64,000 bases of DNA from Eledone cirrhosa. Its lineage: Eukaryota. Both the position numbers and the translations under genes were made by a program. The stretch lies in the NCBI GenBank assembly GCA_964016885.1, contig OZ024741.1, positions 75,516,001-75,580,000 of the forward strand, given 5' to 3'. Shown piece after piece: positions 47,009 to 58,671 of the stretch. The notes under the pieces are model-generated. The model did not search any database and was not told the DNA's origin. It was given only the letters and a program-made list of their open reading frames with translations. Each line of letters starts with the position of its first letter. Within the stretch, counting starts at the first letter, position 1.

Positions 47009-48790
47009 ATGGCCGAAGCTTCTTCACCAAAATTCGAAGGAGGAAAGGGGAAGATGAACTTACAGCTTCCCCCTGCCACTGTCACAGTAGCAGAGGTCAA
47101 GAAGATAGGTCAGCCAGAGGAAGAATTCTCTCCACCTGTTAACCGACAACTTGACGTTACCATGGCAACAACCCAAAGAACCAACAGCAACAACAACAAC
47201 AATGCGACGGTAGAAAACAACACCAATAACAATAACAATAACAACAACAAGACCAATAACGGTGACAACAACAACAATGATAACAACAACACCACCAACG
47301 ACAACAACAACACAAACAAACAAAATTTCTCCTTCGCCGAGACGACAAGGAAAACCCTCGACTATCTGCCAGTAGATATAACAAAAGCGAAGGAGCTACT
47401 GGCGGATGCGAAAAAATATATAGTGTACGGGGAAAATGGTTCATTCACAATCCATTCCCCCCCGGAACTAAAAAGCCAGAGACTCCTAAACACGGTCATG
47501 TTTAGGACAATCTCGAACAAAAGTAAAAAACCAGCTCAACCATCACAGAGCGAGATAGAGCTGGTTTTAAAAGACGTCATGAAGGACATCACCTTCATTC
47601 AGAAGGATAGACTCTACGGGAGTCTATCCATTCTCATGAAGGACAGGGACACAGCAGTGAAACTGTCCATCAAACCAATCACATCCACCGCATACACCTT
47701 CTACCCTACGTACATGGGTAGAAGAACACAAAAAATAAAAATCCACACCATCCTGCCGATTATGGACATATGGTGGGTTTTGACAGGTTTTCTGGACCTG
47801 GAGGATGACATGCTGGTGTCCATGGGAAAGGCATCGGGTGACGCGTTCAGTGGAACGAGCCTCGAACTTGTAGTTCAAATGAGGCCCGAAAGGATCGCCC
47901 AGATCCCTGAACGCGTCATACTGGATGATCTAACCTTCATCAACATTACCGTTGAGGGTAGACGGCCCTCGTGTTACCTCTGCGGAACCAGAGGTCACCT
48001 GAGGGCTGTCTGTCCCCAACTTAATAAGAAAACCCCAATCCTGCCTACACCACCAACAACTGCACAACCAACACAATCACCACAACAACCACTACAAAAA
48101 CAACCACCACAGCTCAAACCAAAACAAAACAATGTCCAACCCATCCCCTCCACTCAAAAAACAAAAACAATTTCCAAAACACCCGTACCGCAAACACAAC
48201 CCGAAAATATACCCCTCCCCTCCAACGCGGAAGATGACCCTAGTTCGTCGTCAGACGAGGAGGAGCACTTCCACACAATCAAAAGAAAAAAAAGAAAACA
48301 CACCTCAGACACACAAATGAAAAAAACCCCTCCCCAAAACATAACACTGACACCAACACAAAAGAGCTCACAACAGCAAACAAAAAACACCACACAAAAA
48401 CAAAAACATGCATACACATACATAAATACAAGAAACAAAAAACTGTTAAACATTGTGTACAACAACAATCTAATAAAAACACAAGGGCCTAACTTCACCC
48501 AGGCAGGGGATTTCCCCCACCTCAAAATGATTAAGGCCCCACAGGACACCTATAAAACTTTAAAAAACAATTTTAAAGAGGACGTGGGTCCCCCCTGCGT
48601 CGGGCCCATTAACCGAGTCCTCCTAAAAAACTATCCCACCCCCTCCCCAAACACCCTCACAACTCCAAGCTCCCCAACCACACAACACACTGATGCCCCC
48701 ACACTTCCACAAACCACCACCCCACCCAACAACCCATCCCCCACCCTAATGGAAATTGTGCAGCCCGATACCCGGGACGCAGAGAGGTAA
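47009..48790 (+). CDS. LINE ORF1 (gag-like nucleic-acid chaperone), 593 aa
   Basis: CCHC knuckle CYLCGTRGHLRAVC, Asn-rich and Pro/Gln/Thr-rich regions, basic KRKKRK motif; homologous fragments in the two decayed copies. Confidence 0.9.
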   Translation: MAEASSPKFEGGKGKMNLQLPPATVTVAEVKKIGQPEEEFSPPVNRQLDVTMATTQRTNSNNNNNATVENNTNNNNNNNNKTNNGDNNNNDNNNTTNDNNNTNKQNFSFAETTRKTLDYLPVDITKAKELLADAKKYIVYGENGSFTIHSPPELKSQRLLNTVMFRTISNKSKKPAQPSQSEIELVLKDVMKDITFIQKDRLYGSLSILMKDRDTAVKLSIKPITSTAYTFYPTYMGRRTQKIKIHTILPIMDIWWVLTGFLDLEDDMLVSMGKASGDAFSGTSLELVVQMRPERIAQIPERVILDDLTFINITVEGRRPSCYLCGTRGHLRAVCPQLNKKTPILPTPPTTAQPTQSPQQPLQKQPPQLKPKQNNVQPIPSTQKTKTISKTPVPQTQPENIPLPSNAEDDPSSSSDEEEHFHTIKRKKRKHTSDTQMKKTPPQNITLTPTQKSSQQQTKNTTQKQKHAYTYINTRNKKLLNIVYNNNLIKTQGPNFTQAGDFPHLKMIKAPQDTYKTLKNNFKEDVGPPCVGPINRVLLKNYPTPSPNTLTTPSSPTTQHTDAPTLPQTTTPPNNPSPTLMEIVQPDTRDAER

Positions 48791-48814
48791 GTGCCTTTTC
48801 TCTTCACCACCAAC

Positions 48815-51800
48815 ATGGCTATGCTAAGAGTAGGCTGTTTAAATGCGCGTGGCCTGGGCTCAACTTGGAAGCAAGCAATGCTTCTAAATGACCTCAGGTC
48901 ACAACGTATAGATGTGATGGTTATTTGCGAGGCCCGGATCAGCAACGTGCGACAGCTGGCCCCCACCTTTGATGACTTTGAGATGCACGCATCTCTCTGT
49001 CAGCCTGGAGGTGGGGGTGGAGTTGTCGTTCTGCTGCAAAAACATCTGGGTCTCGCAACACAGATGGTACATTTGGACCCGGAGGGTCGACTAGTGGTTC
49101 TGGACCTTGGCAGTGGTAAAGGCGGAGCGTTTAGGTTGGTAGCCGCCTACGGCCCTTTCGGGTCAATGCGGCCGGACTTCTTCCATCGTCTGGAGACTTT
49201 TCTAGGGACGTCCCGCTCCTTGCTATTAGTGGGGGACTGGAATGGTATCCTAGATGCACGCTGGGACTACGTAGGGGCCTGCCCCGATAGAGAGGGGTGT
49301 AATAGCCTCAAAGGGTTAATCGGTCGATTTGACCTGGCCGATAGATATCGACTAGATTTTCCGACTGCGCCAACCTGGACTTGGGCAAATCGTAGCGGAT
49401 CATCTAGGTCGTACCTAGATAGGTTCTTAGTTAGAATTAAGGATAAGGACTTTTTAAGTTGTCCAAAAATGCGCATTGTTGGCTATTCAGACCACAAATT
49501 AGTGACCTGCATGGTCAACCTTGACAGAACTCATAGACAGGGCCCCGGTTACTGGAAGCTCAACTTGTCCTTGCCGGCAAGTAGAGCCTACAGGAATCGG
49601 ATTAGTACGTTAGTTAAGGAACGGTTGACTGGAGCGATCGTCAACAGCAGGTGGTGGGTATCTCTAAAGAGAGAGATTAGAGTAGTCTCGATAGAATTTA
49701 GTAAGGTTCTAGCTGCGGATAGGAATAGGAAGGAAAGGGAGCTAATAGATAGAGTAGAAGAGGCAATTAGAAGCGGCGACGTGGCCAGAGTGCTAGCGTC
49801 GAGAACGGCTTTGAGCCAGTTTTTCGACGCGAAGCACGAAGGCTGCGTTGTCCGAAGTAAAATACGTGCTCTAGGGAACGAGGGGACCAAAGCTGTTAGC
49901 TGGGCCCGCGTGACAGAGGCCAACAGTGGAACTAAATCCACCATCCGGTCTTTGCGAGACCTGGATGGACGGGCGATTCTTGAGCCTAAGCAGATGTGTG
50001 AGGCCTTTCAAAGGCACTTTGCCCGACTGTTCGGGAGGGGCGGGGAGCCGGTTGGGAACGTGGACTTCGGTCCATACCTCGACGGCCTGCCGCGCCTCTC
50101 GGACAGGGAGGCGAAGTCCTGCGAGGAGCCGATTTCGGCCGCTGAGATAGAGGACGTGCTGAGCCAATGCGGCAAACGCAAATCCCCGGGTCTCGATGGT
50201 CTTCCTTACGAATTATATCTAGCTATGCCGGACTTGTTCCCCGATCTCCTCGAGGCGGTCTACTGCAACTGGCAACAGAACGGGAGAATTCCCTGTACTG
50301 TGACCAAGGGCGTAGTCACGCTAGTGAGGAAGGACGAGAACAAGGGGGACGAAATAAGTAACTTCAGGCCCATAACACTGCTAAATACAGAGTTACAGAT
50401 TTTGGCCAAGGTGCTAGCAAAGAGGTTGGCGCTTGTCGTGGGCAACCTGGTGGGAGATGCGCAGACATGCGCTATCCCGTCCAGGTCCATCCATGACAAC
50501 CTCCACCTCATGCGATACATCATAGAGAGGGTTGGGAACGAACCCGGCTTTGGTGGGGCTCTGATCAACTTGGATCAATCTAAGGCGTTCGATAGGGTCG
50601 ACCATGGTTACCTGGATGCGGTGCTAGCGGCGGCAGGCTTCGGACCCGTTTTCAGGGGCTGGGTCACTGCTATGCACAGCAGCCGCATCTGCTCTAGGGT
50701 CAAGGTGAACGGCTACCTCTCGGAGCCGTTCAAAATCGCGCGGTCCATCCGACAAGGGTGCCCTCTCTCCTCCCTTCTGTATGTATTGACTCTCGAGCCA
50801 CTACTGCGGAAGTTGGAGTTGTTGCAGGGCATCCCTTTGGAACCGGGATTGCGGAAAGCGGTGTCGGCCTACGCCGATGACGTGACAGTAATGGTGTCGA
50901 CGGCCTCCGAAATCGAGGCGGTCGGCACCTTACTGGAGGAGTACGAAAAGTTCACAGGGGCTAAGCTGAACCGGGACAAGTCGATCGGTTTGCAACTCGG
51001 CACGTGGAGGGGCAGACCGATGCCCTCCGATAGCGTCGTCGGACGCTGGACGGAGGGCCCGGTGAAGTTGCTCGGGGTCTGGTTCGGACCGGACCTCCAG
51101 GTGGAGAAAAACTGGGCGGAGGTTACGAACAGAGTGTTTGCACTGACCCAGAAGTGGGCCAGTTGCAAACTATCCCTGAAAGGTCGGGCGGAGGTGGCGA
51201 ACACCTACATAGCGTCCGTCATCTACTACCGCCTGACCGTAGTGCCCTGCCCAAGGGAAACCCTCACCAAGATGGAGCGCGCGCTCTTCCAATTCCTTTG
51301 GAAGAGGCGGGCTCCTATGGTGAGGAGATCCATCTGCTGTCAACACCCTTCGAAAGGAGGGCTGGGGATGCCGTGGCTAATGATGCGTAAACACGCATTA
51401 AGGCTACGGCACCTCTACGTATTCCTCACCGGACAACCGGTGTGGGCCTCGTTTGTGAGACGAACCTTTCCCAGACTCGTCTCACTCACCGAGCTGCAAT
51501 CCTGGGTCAAGCAAAGACCGAGAAAACTGGGCGCCTGGCACACTGAGTGTGCCCAGGCGCTCACCGCCCTCTGGCAGGCGGATCCGGTTATCAGTGGAGA
51601 CTCCACCGCAACATTCTATAGAGGGCTGGTACGCAGCAGGTGCGACGACGCCCTCGGAGAAGCCCTAGACATGGAGGAGGACGAACTGGCCAGCCTTTTC
51701 GGTAGGACATTCAGCCCGGGACCTATGGACAACTTCCAGAAGTCCCTGGCCTGGCAGTGCTACCGAGGGGCTTTACCCGTTCGAGAAAGGCTCTACAGAC

Positions 51801-52252
51801 ACGGGCGCCCGGGTAGGGACCCCGCCAAAAAGATCTGTCCCAGATGCGTGTGCGACGAGGAAACCGTTGCACACGCATTAGTACACTGCTCGGGCGTAGC
51901 CGATCTGTGGGGCTATGTCGAACAACTGCTGTCAAGGGTGGGACCGATCCGGTTGACCACCGAGTCTATTGTAATGATCAAGCCGCCTCCCCCCTTCAAA
52001 GATGAAGCAGAGGCGGTGTTTCTGTGCGTAATAGCCATGGCGAAAGAGGTTGTATGGTGGACGCGTCTGAAAGGACTGAGGTCGGGCACCTTTCTCTCTG
52101 GCCAACAACTGGTCCGTTTCTTCCGATATCATTTCGGAAGAAGGATCAGGATGGAGAGAGAGGTGCTGCACCCCAGCCGTTTCTATGAAAGATGGGTGAA
52201 AGTGGCGAGAATGGCCCGTGTGAATGGGCCTTCACTCTACATCAGACTATAG
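48815..52252 (+). CDS. LINE ORF2: APE endonuclease + reverse transcriptase + C-terminal CCHC, 1145 aa from the ATG
   Basis: GCLNARGL, GDWN, YLDRF, SDH; SPGLDG, NFRPITLLN, DQSKAFDRV, RQGCPLS, YADD, KLLGV, GGLG; CPRC..HALVHC. The ATG context ccaacATGG is conserved in the decayed copies. Confidence 0.96.
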   Translation: MAMLRVGCLNARGLGSTWKQAMLLNDLRSQRIDVMVICEARISNVRQLAPTFDDFEMHASLCQPGGGGGVVVLLQKHLGLATQMVHLDPEGRLVVLDLGSGKGGAFRLVAAYGPFGSMRPDFFHRLETFLGTSRSLLLVGDWNGILDARWDYVGACPDREGCNSLKGLIGRFDLADRYRLDFPTAPTWTWANRSGSSRSYLDRFLVRIKDKDFLSCPKMRIVGYSDHKLVTCMVNLDRTHRQGPGYWKLNLSLPASRAYRNRISTLVKERLTGAIVNSRWWVSLKREIRVVSIEFSKVLAADRNRKERELIDRVEEAIRSGDVARVLASRTALSQFFDAKHEGCVVRSKIRALGNEGTKAVSWARVTEANSGTKSTIRSLRDLDGRAILEPKQMCEAFQRHFARLFGRGGEPVGNVDFGPYLDGLPRLSDREAKSCEEPISAAEIEDVLSQCGKRKSPGLDGLPYELYLAMPDLFPDLLEAVYCNWQQNGRIPCTVTKGVVTLVRKDENKGDEISNFRPITLLNTELQILAKVLAKRLALVVGNLVGDAQTCAIPSRSIHDNLHLMRYIIERVGNEPGFGGALINLDQSKAFDRVDHGYLDAVLAAAGFGPVFRGWVTAMHSSRICSRVKVNGYLSEPFKIARSIRQGCPLSSLLYVLTLEPLLRKLELLQGIPLEPGLRKAVSAYADDVTVMVSTASEIEAVGTLLEEYEKFTGAKLNRDKSIGLQLGTWRGRPMPSDSVVGRWTEGPVKLLGVWFGPDLQVEKNWAEVTNRVFALTQKWASCKLSLKGRAEVANTYIASVIYYRLTVVPCPRETLTKMERALFQFLWKRRAPMVRRSICCQHPSKGGLGMPWLMMRKHALRLRHLYVFLTGQPVWASFVRRTFPRLVSLTELQSWVKQRPRKLGAWHTECAQALTALWQADPVISGDSTATFYRGLVRSRCDDALGEALDMEEDELASLFGRTFSPGPMDNFQKSLAWQCYRGALPVRERLYRHGRPGRDPAKKICPRCVCDEETVAHALVHCSGVADLWGYVEQLLSRVGPIRLTTESIVMIKPPPPFKDEAEAVFLCVIAMAKEVVWWTRLKGLRSGTFLSGQQLVRFFRYHFGRRIRMEREVLHPSRFYERWVKVARMARVNGPSLYIRL

Positions 52253-52828
52253 GTGAGGAAGATGAAAGACCAAGGGAGCACCCCTTCTCTGTGCTCCTGA
52301 GGAGAAGGGTTGCACACTTTTTTCGGGGGTGTGTGCGACCCCCCAAGGCGCCTCCTCTCTATTGAGGATTTTGTTAAAAATTTTATTTTTTGTTATATCT
52401 TATTTTATTTTTATATTTTGTTATTGCCTCCTCCTTATTGAGGACGCCTTTTTGTGTAAACTCCCCCCTTTGTACTTGTCCCACTTTTGATGCCCTAGTG
52501 GCAAATAAAAGAAATATATCTATATATATATATAGATAGATATATAGATAGATAGATATGAATTTGTTTTGCAAGGTTTTTGATATGAAAGTTAAACAGA
52601 AAAAAATGAATGGAAGAACAACAACAACCATGCCCAAACAAACAATACTGACTTAAGGGAAATATAAATAAATAAATAAATAAATAAGTATATACACAAG
52701 TACAATAACAACAAACACATATAAACACACACTAGTAAATAAAGATAGAATACAAATATAAAAACACATACACTCAAATGCAAACACACACACCAAACAT
52801 TATATTCATTTTATTAAGGCTAAATAAT

Positions 52829-53014
52829 TGTTTCTACTTTAGGCAAACGGCCAGCAATTACCCAGTACATTACTGGTACTTTATTTTATCGACCCCGTAA
52901 GGATGAAAGGCAAAGCTAACCTCAGCGGGATTTGAACTCAGAATGGCAAGGGGCGTAACTCAATGCGTCAAAGCATGGCGTCCGACCCTCTACCGATACT
53001 GCCAATCCACCGCC
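52829..53014 (-). mobile_element. Full tRNA-derived SINE (Deu/Nin-like core) with 19-bp TSD
   Basis: TSD tttattaaggctaaataat at 52810-52828 and 53015-53033; A and B boxes present. Confidence 0.92.
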
Positions 53015-53033
53015 TTTATTAAGGCTAAATAAT

Positions 53034-53682
53034 GAGTCTTGTTTATTGCAGAAGCCTATGAAAATGATCCTTTATTTATTTATTTTTTAAGAAAATGATG
53101 ACAGGACAAAAATGGATCATCTACAACAATGTGAAGCACAAATGATAACAGAGGAAGGATAGTGAACCACCACAACAAACTGCAGGGCTTCTCACGAAGA
53201 AGGTTATGCTTCTCAATTTGGTGGGATTGGTATGGTGTTGTCTTTTACTAGTTTCTTCCCATCCATGTACAGGACCATCAATTTAGATGTGTACTGTGAA
53301 CAGCTGGATAAATTAAATGCAGTGATCCACCAGAAGCATCCAGCATTTGCTAATTGCAAAAGCAGTGTCTTTCATTACAACAATGCCCAGCCACTCATTT
53401 TTTTGCAGACATGGCAAAAGTTATTGGGGCTTGACTGGAAGGTTTTGCCATACCTTCCACATTCACCTCACCTTGTGCCTTCAAATTGCCACCTGTTTTG
53501 ATCTTCAACTCTACTAAAAACAGGAAATTCTTTGAGTAGAGAATGATAGATCTGCCCACAAGATGGCAGAAGATACTGGAACAAATCGGTAATGATGTCA
53601 TTGATTGAATAAATTGCTTTGTGCTTAAAACTTGTGTCATATTTTTGCTTAAAAAACTAAATGGACTTTTCTGCCAACTCAA
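53034..53682 (+). mobile_element. Mariner transposase remnant (DDD catalytic region) and 3' end
   Basis: ENDP..MTG..KWIIYNN..WWDWYG..TINLDVYCEQLDKL..HYNNAQP..LPHSPHLVPSNCHLF. Confidence 0.85.
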
Positions 53683-53797
53683 CATGTTACTGTTTGATGT
53701 AGATTTTTTTTTCCAACAAAATGATTTATCAGTACAAGACTGAAGGAGAGGGCTTGTTTATACACACATATATATATATAATGTGTGAGTGTGTGTG

Positions 53798-53854
<57 letters not shown>

Positions 53855-53888
53855 CATCATCATAATTTAACATCTACTCTCCCTACAC

Positions 53889-53945
<57 letters not shown>

Positions 53946-54448
53946 CACTCATTTATGCATTTGAGACATACAGGAAGATGCATCTTCCGGCATGCTATTT
54001 ACATTTACTTTGCATCAGCATGCTTTTACTTCATGCTTTTACTTCATATCATACATATATACATACGTGTGTGTGTGTGTGTGTGTATGTGTATGAATGT
54101 ATATATATTTATGGCAAGGCTAGTTAATATGATGACGCACTAGCTAGTGGTGGATACAAGGAGAAAATAGAATAAATAGGTAGCGATAGAGTTAGCAACA
54201 CATCCACACACAAACATAAACAATCTCATAGAGCAACCACTGGCATAGACACATTACCTTACATTACAACCTGAGGTAACTCACATAAACAAAGTATAGA
54301 TAGCACTAACTTAGCAAACTCCAGCTGTAGTAAGACAACTACTAGCTTAACCACAGGGCTGGATATTGACAGAGCAGCCTATAGACACAACAATCCTACT
54401 ACTACTAGTACTACTACAAATCAAATGTCCCCTCCCCATCCTCTAGTG

Positions 54449-54656
54449 CAGGCATGTCAAACTGAGGGTCTCCCGAGGGCCACTTGGGTCACATATACGT
54501 TGTCTGAGGGCCACACACAACTAATTACACACATTACAACAATTCTTTTAATTTTATATTACAAATATAACACATGCTCATGCTGTAAAAATCTTTTTTC
54601 AGGTGTGCTTGTAAAGGGCTGCATGAGGCCCACAGGCTGCATTTTTGACATGCCTG
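54449..54656. mobile_element. hAT-type MITE, 208 bp
   Basis: 13-bp TIR caggcatgtcaaa / tttgacatgcctg; imperfect 8-bp TSD ctctagtg / ttccagtg. Confidence 0.85.
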
Positions 54657-55180
54657 TTCCAGTGCATCTAAGTATATAGCACATAATGAAAGAAGGCCAT
54701 CACTGAACAAGACCCATTTATGTTCTGTCCTATGGTATAACAACCCCCTCTCCCTGGGGCTTAAAACACCCAACCCTTTTTCAAGACACTAGATAAATGT
54801 TTCCTTAAATCGAATAGATACAGTGATATATTTAATAGGCACACAGTTAAGGTATCATACTCAACCACTAAATCCCTAGCCCCAAATATAGCCAAGATGA
54901 ACAGTAATAATATGAAACATAAGCACAATCCAAACATGAGTGCAATTGCACTTGACTCTGCATATTACAGAAATACCTTGGGGAAACATAGTAATAGACC
55001 AAACAAGCACAACTCCATTCACCTGTACTGGATAGTCAACCATACCTATAGACATAATCACAACACACAATAACATTAACTGTAACTAGAATTCTAGCTA
55101 ACTGGTCTATGCCAAATAAATGCCTCTGTAGAAATGTAGTATATGAGTGTAGGGTTACCACTAATGATGCAACATAAATA

Positions 55181-55497
55181 ACTGTTATGACCTCATCAGA
55201 CAGCTAGAAGTTAAATAGAAAAAACAGTGAAACATGAAGAAGAAATAAAAATTACTCCTGTTGTTTTGATTCATTGTTATATCCTGGGTTGATACTTAGT
55301 GTTGCTTTCTCAAAGCCCCTGTGACATATGACTTACAATAAATAGCCTCCAACACGAAGTATCAGGCCAGGGCATATCAATAAATCAAAACAATGGGAAT
55401 AATTTTTATTTCTTCTTTATGTTTTTCTGTTTTTTATGTTCAACTTCTAACTGTCTGATGGGGTCATAACTGTAATCACCAAAATATGTATAACAGT
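55181..55497. repeat. Inverted repeat (55181-55287 / 55367-55473) ending in a decayed hammerhead at 55450-55497
   Basis: actgt CTGATGG ggt..acc AAAA tatgta TA acagt; the inverted arm retains CTGATGA. Confidence 0.7.
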
Positions 55498-55639
55498 GAT
55501 TGTGAATAAATGAATTTAATTCTAACTTGTTGACTTCATTATTATAATTATACTCCAGAGTCAACAGACCCACTTGTGTATTTCTTGGAGTGCTCTATCC
55601 TGCATTCAATATTGGTCAGTGATTAACTAACACTTACTT

Positions 55640-55690
<51 letters not shown>

Positions 55691-55724
55691 TGTGTGTGTG
55701 TATATATGTATATATATATGTATA

Positions 55725-55794
<70 letters not shown>

Positions 55795-56554
55795 TATGTG
55801 CATGCGCGTGTGTGTGTGTGTGCATGTGTGGGTATAATGTTTGTATATATGTGTGTATATGTATTTCTGAATGCGTGTATGCTATACAAAGAATGTTTGT
55901 CTGCTTAGTTACACCACAAACACAATTATTCTTACATCTGTGAATTTGCGAGCTGCAATTAAAACAATGTTTATCATCACGTTAAATATTTCAGAAATAT
56001 TCGCTTTACTTTCAGCATATTCTAGACTAAAAAGAAACTTTAATGACCTAAGACTTCCAAGGAAGCACGCCTAAGATTTAATGTAGCCAAAATGGATTTG
56101 TTAGTATCTCATAATATCCGTAACATCTTCTGTGATATCAATAACACTTCCATAATTTTAATTCCAATGTCTATAACTGTCTGAGTGTTATTGCTTCTAC
56201 ATGTATAGCTAACATGTTCATCACAGCACAACTAGAATGTTCTTGCTATGTATAAATTGTGTTGAGAAGGACATAAAATGGTGGATGTCTACATTGTTGG
56301 CCATTAATGTCGTCACAGCAAGCGGAAAGAATATGCTTAAAAAATCCATTTAACTGTTTGGTCAATCACCTCTCTATGAGAGGATGCTAGATGCCTCGTA
56401 TGGGAAAGATAGACATTAATCATACATGAATAAACAGACATAATATGAATATGTATGTGTGCTTGTGTGTGTGTGTGTGTATGTGCGCGCGCACATATAA
56501 GTACATATACATAAACACGGATGTAAATATATATATGTATACACAAACACACAC

Positions 56555-56588
<34 letters not shown>

Positions 56589-56849
56589 CACACACACACA
56601 TATACATGTGTGTGTATATATACACATATATATATTTACACACACACATACATATATGTTCATATATGTCTGTGTGTGTGTGTAAAAAATATATTCTCAT
56701 TTGTTATGATCTGATGAATGTGTATATATGCTAGAGTATAACTTTATATATGCATATGTTCTGATCAAAAACTTACGTATTCATTTATTTGCATGGTATA
56801 TATGCATAAATATATATATTTGCATGGTATATATGCATAAATATATATA

Positions 56850-57832
56850 TTTCCCTTCTGGGAAATGGCCATGCTCAGTGTGTAGGAAAGGCGTAGGTAG
56901 AAACTCCATTTTATGTCCCAAATGCAAAGTATGGGTGCATAAAAGATGTAGTGGGATCACAGGTAAGCTAACTAAGAACATAGATTTTACATGTGGCCGG
57001 TGCTCTGGTACAATAAGTAGCAGCAAGTGCCCACAAAATACTAGCTCTTACAACTGCGCAGAGGGCTCTATAGAAATAGTGGACAGCTTTCGTTACCTGG
57101 GTGACAAAATCAGCAGTGGGGGAGGGTGCTCAGAAAGTACAGTAGCTAGAGTCAGAACTGGATGGAAAAAGTTCAGAGAGCTTTTACCACTATTAGCTGC
57201 TAAAGGGTTCTCCCTAAAAATGAAAGGCAGGTTGTATGATGCCTGCATACGAACAGCAATGTTGCATGGCAGTGAGACCTGGGCATTGTGTGCAGAGGAT
57301 ATACGCAGACTAGAGAGGAAGTGCTGGGACGAGCTGATAAACTCCGACCTCACACACTTACACCTCTCCAAGACAATGTCACTGGACCGAGACCTTTGGC
57401 GGTACTCAGTAACAAAGAAGACCCGCCTTACCTAAATACATAGTAAAACCTACTACAGCCAGCAGGCATCTCTAACAAAATACACCCCGTCCCACCACCC
57501 CCACCCCATCCACACCACCACCTTCTATGTAAAGTTATGTCGGTGCCACGCCATCCAGGCCGAAACAAATGAGATCGTGTAGGTGTCACGACAAAAAAAC
57601 ACACAGTCCACGCTGTAATGTGGCCGTGTAGGCAACACGGTAAAAACCTCCCAGACCCACACTGTAAATGTGGTTGGTGTTAGGAAGGGCATCCAACTGT
57701 AGAAAACCTGCCAGACAGTCCTATGCGAGCAAGACAATCACTCTTGCCTCAAGTGGGAATACCCCCGTCCAAACCCATGCAAGCGTGGAACACGGACGTT
57801 AAACGTTGATGATGATGATGATGATGATGATT
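56850..57832 (+). mobile_element. 5'-truncated, internally deleted RTE
   Basis: PSGKWPCSVC..HGSETW..ERK|CWDELIN..; 3' UTR and (atg)n tail. Confidence 0.92.
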
Positions 57833-57907
57833 ATACATGTAGATGTATGCACTGGAATATGCTTATACATAATGAATCCGTTGCAAATGCTCACACTATA
57901 TATATAT

Positions 57908-58564
57908 TAATTTGGGCTGTTTGTTTGTTTACAAACAAACTGAACATTATAATAAAAGTTTGGTAAACCCATACGTACATATATATATATGTGCATGTAT
58001 GTATATATATACATACTACTGTACATCTGTATACATATATGTATGTACGTATACATACTTATATTTAAGTAACAGACATACTAAGAGTGAGAAATGAAAT
58101 TTTGTTTCATTCTTTTCCATTTATCGTTTTCGGTGCGCCCGGCCGACTAACTCACTCGATATGCAAATTAGGCTGCTCAGCCGTTAATATGCATAAGGAA
58201 AGTATATACTTTCAGACGTTCAATCATCTGGCAGAAAGGTATACGATGCTGACGATAGCTAATAAGCTTGAAACTAGTACATCGTTCCTGTGTCAGTGCT
58301 GAACAAAAAGGCGACGATGGTTGCCTGAACTCTGTATGGCGTAATTCGGACTGTTTGTTTGTTTACAAACAAACCGAACATTATAATAAATGTTCGGTAA
58401 ACCCATACGTACATATATATATATATATGTGTGCATGTATGTATATATATACATACTACTGTACGTCTGTATACATATATGTATGTACATACACATACAT
58501 ACTTACGTTTAAGTATCAGCCATACTAAGAGTGACAAATGAAATTTTGTTTCATTCTTTTCCAT
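57908..58564 (+). mobile_element. ~434-bp non-coding unit in a 1.5x tandem, carrying a hammerhead (retrozyme-like)
   Basis: 57908-58120 is repeated at 58342-58564. Confidence 0.82.
58243..58285 (+). ncRNA. Minimal type I hammerhead ribozyme, intact core
   Basis: acgatg CTGACGA t agct aata agct t GAAA ctag TA catcgt; predicted cleavage after 58279. Confidence 0.9.
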
Positions 58565-58671
58565 ATATATATATATAAAGTAAAATAACGGAGCAAAGGA
58601 CTCACGTATAAACTGTAATTAAATGAGCTCAAAGGAAAGAGTTTTCCTGGGCACTTTAAAATATAATATAT

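Larger units (their letters stand above)
46800..52513 (+). mobile_element. Full-length, apparently intact Tx1/L1-clade non-LTR retrotransposon
   Basis: 5' UTR, two uninterrupted ORFs, 3' UTR with AATAAA at 52504; flanked by tatc/gata repeats. Confidence 0.95.

Noticed and set aside
48791-48814. GTG start for ORF2 as given in the ORF track
   Set aside because: Eukaryotic element; the conserved ATG is at 48815.
55900-56420. Possible decayed GIY-YIG/PLE coding remnant on the - strand
   Set aside because: Only vague similarity (..LYIART..EH..KIMEVLLI); cannot be supported without a search.
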